Assembly (NCBI GenBank): GCA_044350705.1
Contig: JBILHA010000002.1
Coordinates: 242,295-306,294 of the forward strand
Reading direction: 5' to 3'
Source of the DNA: Candidatus Kapaibacterium sp.
Lineage (GTDB): Bacteria; Patescibacteriota; Patescibacteriia; UBA9934
Length of the DNA: 64,000 nucleotides
A program made the position numbers and the translations under genes. Positions 58,511 to 64,000 of this stretch are shown piece after piece; position 1 is the stretch's first letter, and every line of letters starts with the position of its first letter. Below the pieces are notes generated by a model. It worked only from the letters and a program-made list of their open reading frames with translations, did no database searches and was not told the DNA's origin.

Positions 58511-60766
58511 ATGCAACATCGCTATGTCGCACTCACCCTCCTTGCGTGCACATTCGCAACAGTGTCTCCTCTACGGACAACTGCGACCACTCTTCCCCCG
58601 GTCATCCTCTCGGAAATTAACTGGGGAGGATCTCCTCTTTCCACGGCAGACGAGTGGATTGAGCTTGCGAACACCACCACGCAAAATCTAGATATCAGCG
58701 CCTGGCGCATTGTCGGCGCTTCATCGCCGGAATCCCCTATTGTGATTCCTGCATCTACGATGCTTTCTCCGGGAGAAACGTATGTCATTGCAAACTATGC
58801 AGATACCGATGTGAAGTCGGTGCTCAACTTTGCTCCCGATCTTGTCAGTTCATCCGTGAGCATCCCCAATACTTCGCTTGCGATTACTTTGTATGACCCT
58901 GCCGGAGTAATCGTCGATACGTATATCGACACGGGAACTCCGGAATTTGGTAGCTCTTCTCTTCATGCGAGCATGGAAAGGAGTCTCGTGACCGGAGCCT
59001 GGGAAAGCGCGCAATATGCACTTCATGTAGATAGCGCTGAAATGCTCGGATCACCTGGCGCTCTCTCTGCCTCTTCCGCGACTCATGAAGCTCAGCCTTC
59101 CCCTGAAAGCTATCCACCTCTTCCGCCATGCTCACCTCTTCCCTCATCGCCGCAAGAGATACCTGAAACAACATCCACTGATGCACAAAGCATATCCGAG
59201 GAGGAGCATGCGGAACCTCCTCAGGAAAGTTCAGATTCTGAGACATCTCCTGAGATTACGCTCATTGCACTAGTTACCCAGGAGTCAGTTACTGATGCGC
59301 AGGATTCTTCTCCATCGTCTCCGGTATCTGAAGTCCTCACCGACGTCGAAACTCCGCATACCAAGACGGAAGCAGAAGACTCTGAAGATGAAGCGGATAC
59401 ACAAACAGAAGCTCCTCTTCGCACCGTTGATTACCACTCGCTTCGTATTACCGAGTTTGTCAGCGATCCGCTCGATGGAAAAGAGTTTATTGAACTCTTC
59501 AATGCGGGAAGAGAAGCCCTTCCCTTGGAAGGCGTACATATTGCAGATGCTTCTGGCAAACGCACATCTCTCTCTGGAGAAATCGCTGCCGGCGCTTACC
59601 TTGTCATAGAAAATCCCCTTGGAAAGCTCAACAACGATGGAGATGCTCTTGTCCTTCTTCTTCCGGATGACCAAACGCTCTTTACGCTTTCGTATGGTAC
59701 TAACACCTTCCCTGCTCCCAAAAAAGGCTTCTCCGCAGGAGTTTGTGCGGATCTTTGGATGACCACCCTCTCTCCTTCTCCTGGACAAGAAAATATTTGC
59801 TCTTCACCTTCTCTTTCTTATGAAACATCAGAAACGTCAACGCCCGCAATCGACCGCGGCAGTACCTCTTCGGGAACTTCTTCATCCGTTCAAGGAAATG
59901 TTTCTTCTGCGAAAACAGAAAGCACAGATGTCACCGATGTTGCGCCTGCGCAATCCGTAGTGGTTACTCACGCAGCATACACCGCACCTGGTTCATCTCA
60001 CATGGATAGCCAATCTGGATCTTCTTCTGCAAAAAAGAAAACTTCCAAAAGCACTCCCGTAGAAACGACTCTTGATGCGCTTGAAACCCTTTCCTCAGGT
60101 CAGGTCGTTGAAGTTACCGGCACGCTTATTGCTACTCCTGGCATGCTTGGAAAACGTGTTGCGTATCTTGATGGCGTGCAACTCTACTTCCATAAAGCCA
60201 CATGGCCAGATCTGTCACTTGGAGATCAGGTGCGCATTACCGGAACATGGGACTACCAGGAAGGTGTACGGAGAATAAAAATTTCCGATGCAGAAAACAT
60301 TACCGTTCTTGGGAATGCACCTCTCACGCCACGTGCTTGGGAAGATATTCCTCAAGATGAGCGAGGGGACATTCTTGCTTCCGCGAACGGTACGCTTCTG
60401 AGAAAAGATGGAGATGCATTTATCTTCTCCTTGCAAAGCACTCAAGCAGAAATTGTCGTTGTTGATTTGGGGAAGACTGGTGCTCTCTCTTTACTGCGCA
60501 CGGGAGATGCTGTTTCTCTGACTGGCATTCGTTTGCCGCATGATGGGAGAATTGTCCTCGTTCCTCGAAGCGCTGATGACGTGGTCAAGGCATCCTCTCC
60601 TTCACTTCATGAGGAAGGATCGGAACATGCGTCGGGTATACTCACTTCTTCGACGCCCCCTTCCCCTGCACCTCTTATTGGCGGAGGCATTCTCATGAGT
60701 AGCATGGGTGCACTTAGTTATTGGTTTATTCGTTCGAAAAAATATTCATTCTTATTCTCATCATAA
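58511..60766 (+). CDS. Lamin-tail-domain (LTD) surface protein with Ser/Thr/Glu-rich linker and C-terminal TM anchor
   Basis: Signal peptide; ILSEINWGGSPLSTADEWIELANTT LTD signature; second LTD-like ITEFVSDPLDGKEFIELFN; C-terminal LIGGGILMSSMGALSYWFI. Confidence 0.6.
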   Translation: MQHRYVALTLLACTFATVSPLRTTATTLPPVILSEINWGGSPLSTADEWIELANTTTQNLDISAWRIVGASSPESPIVIPASTMLSPGETYVIANYADTDVKSVLNFAPDLVSSSVSIPNTSLAITLYDPAGVIVDTYIDTGTPEFGSSSLHASMERSLVTGAWESAQYALHVDSAEMLGSPGALSASSATHEAQPSPESYPPLPPCSPLPSSPQEIPETTSTDAQSISEEEHAEPPQESSDSETSPEITLIALVTQESVTDAQDSSPSSPVSEVLTDVETPHTKTEAEDSEDEADTQTEAPLRTVDYHSLRITEFVSDPLDGKEFIELFNAGREALPLEGVHIADASGKRTSLSGEIAAGAYLVIENPLGKLNNDGDALVLLLPDDQTLFTLSYGTNTFPAPKKGFSAGVCADLWMTTLSPSPGQENICSSPSLSYETSETSTPAIDRGSTSSGTSSSVQGNVSSAKTESTDVTDVAPAQSVVVTHAAYTAPGSSHMDSQSGSSSAKKKTSKSTPVETTLDALETLSSGQVVEVTGTLIATPGMLGKRVAYLDGVQLYFHKATWPDLSLGDQVRITGTWDYQEGVRRIKISDAENITVLGNAPLTPRAWEDIPQDERGDILASANGTLLRKDGDAFIFSLQSTQAEIVVVDLGKTGALSLLRTGDAVSLTGIRLPHDGRIVLVPRSADDVVKASSPSLHEEGSEHASGILTSSTPPSPAPLIGGGILMSSMGALSYWFIRSKKYSFLFSS

Positions 60767-60776
60767 TGTAGATTCT

Positions 60777-60998
60777 ATGGAAAACGCTAAGCAGTCTTGG
60801 TACAGCAAACTCTCTGATTCGTTCGATGCGCTCATGCGCAAGTTTGATATGCCTGAAGATATGGAAATTGAACTTCGCGAATTTGTTTTTACGGTGGCAA
60901 AAGAACAATTCCGCGTGGGCAATAAATCGGGTATTAGCTGGGTCTATCGCAAGATGCGCGAAGAACAAGGCGCGCCCGCAACACCCGTTGCCGCATAA
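60777..60998 (+). CDS. Hypothetical small protein (73 aa)
   Basis: ORF MENAKQSWYSKLSDSFDALMRKFDMPEDMEIELREFVF... followed by two tandem hairpins. Confidence 0.3.
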   Translation: MENAKQSWYSKLSDSFDALMRKFDMPEDMEIELREFVFTVAKEQFRVGNKSGISWVYRKMREEQGAPATPVAA

Positions 60999-61075
60999 TC
61001 ATATCGATCTTCATTGATATATATATGGAGAGACGCGAGGAATCGCGTCTCTCCAGTTTACCGTTTGTGAAAAAG

Positions 61076-61106
61076 AAAAACCCCTCACAAAAGTGAGAGG
61101 ATTTTC
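61076..61106. terminator. Bidirectional terminator between the small ORF (+) and tRNA-Gly (-)
   Basis: ccctcac-aaaa-gtgagagg with a T-run on both strands. Preceded by a perfect 12-bp hairpin ggagagacgcga-ggaa-tcgcgtctctcc at 61027-61054. Confidence 0.65.
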
Positions 61107-61181
<75 letters not shown>

Positions 61182-61250
61182 TCAAATTTCTGACCCAAGT
61201 TTAGCAATCTTCTGTGTCAGAGCTCCGGGCGGTCGACGACGTACCGTTTA

Positions 61251-61309
61251 GGTACGCCTTGACGACCGTCCTCGCTCTTCCTTGAAGCTGACTAAACTTA
61301 GTCAGAAAT
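61251..61309. repeat. Module M1 copy B (ggtacgccttgacgaccgtcctcgctcttccttgaagctgactaaacttagtcagaaa)
   Basis: About 90% identical to 816-872. Contains the perfect palindrome ctgactaa-ac-ttagtcag. Confidence 0.6.
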
Positions 61310-61366
61310 TTTACTCTTCTTTGATTTGTTTTAACATAGGTTCGTCCAAGCCTCGAAATCTCCTAG

Positions 61367-61391
61367 CAACTGAACGAACTTAGCAACGAAT
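61367..61391. repeat. Module M2 copy B (caactgaacgaacttagcaacgaat)
   Basis: Matches 761-785. Confidence 0.6.
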
Positions 61392-61457
61392 TTCACTCTT
61401 CTGGTTCCTTTGCGAGAAAGGAATAAGATGGGATGAAATTCGTGGGATACTATACTT

Positions 61458-62540
61458 ATGGAACCAGAAAACGTCAATAAAGGAAAGTGGGCATACTTTT
61501 TGGTGAGCATTCTCGGAATGACCGTCTTTTTTGGAATGTTTGCTTTTCTTCCCGAGACCGTCGTCGCTCCTCTTTCTTCAGATACCGATCTTTCTTCGCA
61601 ACTCCCTGATTTCGGCAAGCCCCTTGATCGCTCGCCTTCCCATGAACCCGTCCCTTCCGAACCCTCATCCGTTCGTCTCGTTTTCACAGGAGACATTATG
61701 CTTGCTCGCGCAGTTGAATGGGCGATACGCGCAGAGGGTCCTGAATATCCGTTTTTACGCTGGGAGAGCGGGGAGTTTTTAGATGCTGACGCGGTAATTG
61801 GGAATTTTGAAGGGACGATTCGCGCGACGGAAAACATTGAGCAAACAAATGTGATGGCATTTGATACCTTGCCTACCTCTATTCCTGCACTCAAAAATGC
61901 AGGATTCACTCATCTTTCCCTTTCCAATAATCACTCCGATGATTTTGGAGAAGAAGTTGCTGAGTTCACGAGATCGACCATTTTTGAAAGCGGCATGATT
62001 CCTTTTGGAGATCCATTTGCAAGTGAGAAATTTGTTACTCGTATTGAAGGCGGTATTCCTGTTTCGATCATTGGATTTCACGCATTTAATGAAACGGCGG
62101 AAAGCATTTTTCAGGCGATTCAAGAAGAGGATGCGGCTGGAAACTTTGTCATCGTCTATCCGCACTGGGGAAACGAGTATGAGCATTCCCCTTCCCCTGC
62201 ACAAACTTCTGCAGCGCAATTGTGGATTGAGGCGGGCGCAGATCTCATTGTTGGCGCGCATCCGCATGTAGTACAAAGCGTAGATACGATCGATGGCGTT
62301 CCGGTAATTTATTCCTTGGGCAATTTCCTATTTGATCAGGATTTTTCACGCGCTACACAGGTAGGAGCCTTTGCAGATGTAGTGATTTCCGATGACGAAA
62401 TTTCTTTGTCGTTTTCTCCGGTAGAGATTCGTTCACGACAAATGTTTATCAACCACGAAGAAAACGAACAACTTCTTTCGTGGCTTGGGCTTTCGGATCT
62501 TACTTGGAACGTTCCACGAGAAGAAGTCCAAACGCCTTAA
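61458..62540 (+). CDS. CapA-family metallophosphatase-like protein (poly-gamma-glutamate capsule synthesis family)
   Basis: N-terminal TM; metallophosphoesterase-like motifs (GDIML, GNHS-like NNHSDDFG, GAHPHV). Confidence 0.6.
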   Translation: MEPENVNKGKWAYFLVSILGMTVFFGMFAFLPETVVAPLSSDTDLSSQLPDFGKPLDRSPSHEPVPSEPSSVRLVFTGDIMLARAVEWAIRAEGPEYPFLRWESGEFLDADAVIGNFEGTIRATENIEQTNVMAFDTLPTSIPALKNAGFTHLSLSNNHSDDFGEEVAEFTRSTIFESGMIPFGDPFASEKFVTRIEGGIPVSIIGFHAFNETAESIFQAIQEEDAAGNFVIVYPHWGNEYEHSPSPAQTSAAQLWIEAGADLIVGAHPHVVQSVDTIDGVPVIYSLGNFLFDQDFSRATQVGAFADVVISDDEISLSFSPVEIRSRQMFINHEENEQLLSWLGLSDLTWNVPREEVQTP

Positions 62541-62994
62541 GTGCCGCTTCAGTTCCTGGACGCTTGGGTGCCCACATGCCTTCAAGGAGTTCATACGGGC
62601 TTCCCCAACGCACGGCGTCGAATTCTCGATGATGTGCGTCGAGATTGAATTCGACCGCGCCGGAAAACATGGCGAGAAAGAAATGTTGTTCTTGGCCGAT
62701 ATATGTTTCGTTTGGATACTGTGCGCGAGATTGTTCGAGATATTCTTTTGGCCACTCGTAACAAAAGGTTTGATCAAGTTGATCGATAATTTCAAAATCT
62801 TCTTTTGCAACTCCGAGCTCTTCCATCATTTCGCGCTCTGCGGCCTCGCGGGGAGTTTCTCCCGGATCTATTCCTCCTTGGACGGTTTGCACTGTTTTAT
62901 CTGCGTATCCTGGAAACCCTCTTTCACATAACAAGACTTCGCCCTTTTCGTTTGTCACAATAACTGCCGCATTTGGTCGGAAAAGATTTTGCAT
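62500..62994 (-). CDS. NUDIX hydrolase (RppH-like)
   Basis: Nudix box GGIDPGETPREAAEREMMEELGV. Confidence 0.7.
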   Translation of the reverse strand: MQNLFRPNAAVIVTNEKGEVLLCERGFPGYADKTVQTVQGGIDPGETPREAAEREMMEELGVAKEDFEIIDQLDQTFCYEWPKEYLEQSRAQYPNETYIGQEQHFFLAMFSGAVEFNLDAHHREFDAVRWGSPYELLEGMWAPKRPGTEAALKAFGLLLVERSK

Positions 62995-63208
62995 ACTTTT
63001 TCTAGCTTAGCAAAGAAAAAGATTTGCGAATATATTTGACAGAAAATCTTTTTTAATTATGATGAGAAAAGATATGAGTCTTCATGTAACAAAAAAGTTT
63101 TTTGCTTGGCGCAATGCTTCCCACGCGGGGTGAGCTTTTGCGTTATTTTTGTAAAATGAAGCAAAGGCCCACCCGATTCCGGGTGGGTTTTTTTCTTTTG
63201 GAGGAAAC

Positions 63209-63994
63209 GTGACGAACGATACCCTTGCTCGAGTTCAGACTGCGCTCACGCAGGAAGCGCGAAAGTTTCCTGAACGAACTACTGCCATGACCGTTTCTGA
63301 CGTCATGACATTCCTTGCTCGCATCATCGATCAGGACAGGCACGCATTGTATTCGCGTGCTCGGCTTGTTCATCTGGGCAAGTACCTTATGCGCCACGGG
63401 CTTTGCGTTCTCGCCCCCGCCTGTCCGGACTATGCGCATCACGAGGGTGTCTACACCTTCCGCGATGTTTCTGGGGGAACGTCGCTTCTTGCGCAATTGC
63501 AGATCGAGTTTTTGCAGCAGCTCGGTTTGCAAAACGTAACGCTCATGTACGCCGACGTGGAGCGGTTCGATAGCGCTATCCGTGCTACGTTGCGCATTGA
63601 CGAAGCTGACTTCTTCAAGCTCATTCAACAATCGTGTGCGGATTCGAAGTGTCGCGTTCCTTCTACGTGGAACGTTGTACTCATGTCGGATTTTGTACCA
63701 AAGCTTTATGAGCGTTCTGAAGCACGCATGCAACTCATGCTTGCCGATGAACACAAGCGTCAGCGTCTTGTGAGGGAAACTCATGAACGCTCACGGATGT
63801 ATGCGAAGATCGTCCCCCGCGCAAGCTTCGACGAGCTCCTTGAGCGCACGACGCGCACGGCGGCGCAATATTGCGAGCTTGGCGAATTCGCCCTGCGGCA
63901 TGGCTTCGTGATTTCGAATCACGTTACCACGAACCTTGCCTGGTACGACGAAGTTCGCGCTCCTGTTCTTTTGAATCCGGTGCGCATTTACTAG
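63209..63994 (+). CDS. Hypothetical protein (261 aa), moderately elevated GC
   Basis: GTG start 14 nt after a GGAGG and a terminator hairpin gcccacccgattccgggtgggttttttt (63166-63195). No recognisable motif. Confidence 0.45.
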   Translation: MTNDTLARVQTALTQEARKFPERTTAMTVSDVMTFLARIIDQDRHALYSRARLVHLGKYLMRHGLCVLAPACPDYAHHEGVYTFRDVSGGTSLLAQLQIEFLQQLGLQNVTLMYADVERFDSAIRATLRIDEADFFKLIQQSCADSKCRVPSTWNVVLMSDFVPKLYERSEARMQLMLADEHKRQRLVRETHERSRMYAKIVPRASFDELLERTTRTAAQYCELGEFALRHGFVISNHVTTNLAWYDEVRAPVLLNPVRIY

Positions 63995-64000
63995 GTGACG

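Noticed and set aside
63143-63784. 213-aa ORF antisense to 63209-63994
   Set aside because: The sense ORF has a terminator, GGAGG box and start context, and the antisense one does not. It is a shadow ORF.

Overview
This 64 kb window looks like part of a small, gene-dense bacterial chromosome. Backbone GC is about 45-50% by eye, and there are many overlapping genes and weak Shine-Dalgarno sites. The gene content suggests a Patescibacteria/CPR-like organism. Evidence for that: a split transketolase, an archaeal-type CMP kinase, a DUF4012 protein inside a glycosyltransferase/EPS cluster, and a TrmB-type regulator. Further evidence: RNase J, many small membrane-anchored or secreted hypothetical proteins, and a 23S-5S rRNA operon with its own promoter and no adjacent 16S.

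Recognisable housekeeping genes include rluD-like, cmk, rplS, secG, an OppA-like substrate-binding protein, rnj, trpS, ileS, ruvA, arfB, ddl, rpiB, rpe, both transketolase halves, rsuA-like and rlmH. RNA genes are five tRNAs (Ile-UAU, Leu-CAG, Ala-UGC, Leu-UAG, Gly-GCC), RNase P RNA, 23S and 5S.

The most unusual signal is non-coding. A conserved structured element of about 125 nt has a closing helix of about 18 bp that shows four compensatory base-pair changes between copies. Inside it are an invariant GAAGAGGGAGGATT box, a GTAC-stem hairpin and a GAGGCAACCGGACCGATGAGG box. It occurs three times, each time abutting a tRNA gene: both tRNA-Leu genes and tRNA-Ile(UAU). Copy 3 is about 244 nt because it carries an extra multi-hairpin insertion. 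I could not match the element to any RNA family I know.

Other noteworthy points:
- a genomically encoded tRNA-Ile(UAU) flanked by long hairpins
- two short high-GC single-gene islands (a 172-aa Arg-rich protein and an orphan CheY-like receiver), each with low-GC promoter/terminator context
- a GC-rich, highly structured region of about 450 nt between a promoter and a terminator that may be an ncRNA
- an RNase P RNA with an expanded 5-prime region
- a cysteine-rich three-TM membrane protein (about 35 Cys) translationally coupled to a CxxS DsbA-like protein
- conserved non-coding modules shared by the upstream regions of tRNA-Ile and tRNA-Gly about 60 kb apart
- GGGAGT-repeat G-tracts downstream of both tRNA-Leu genes.

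No CRISPR array, transposase or integrase was seen. Coordinates of RNA features were counted by hand and may be off by a few nucleotides.
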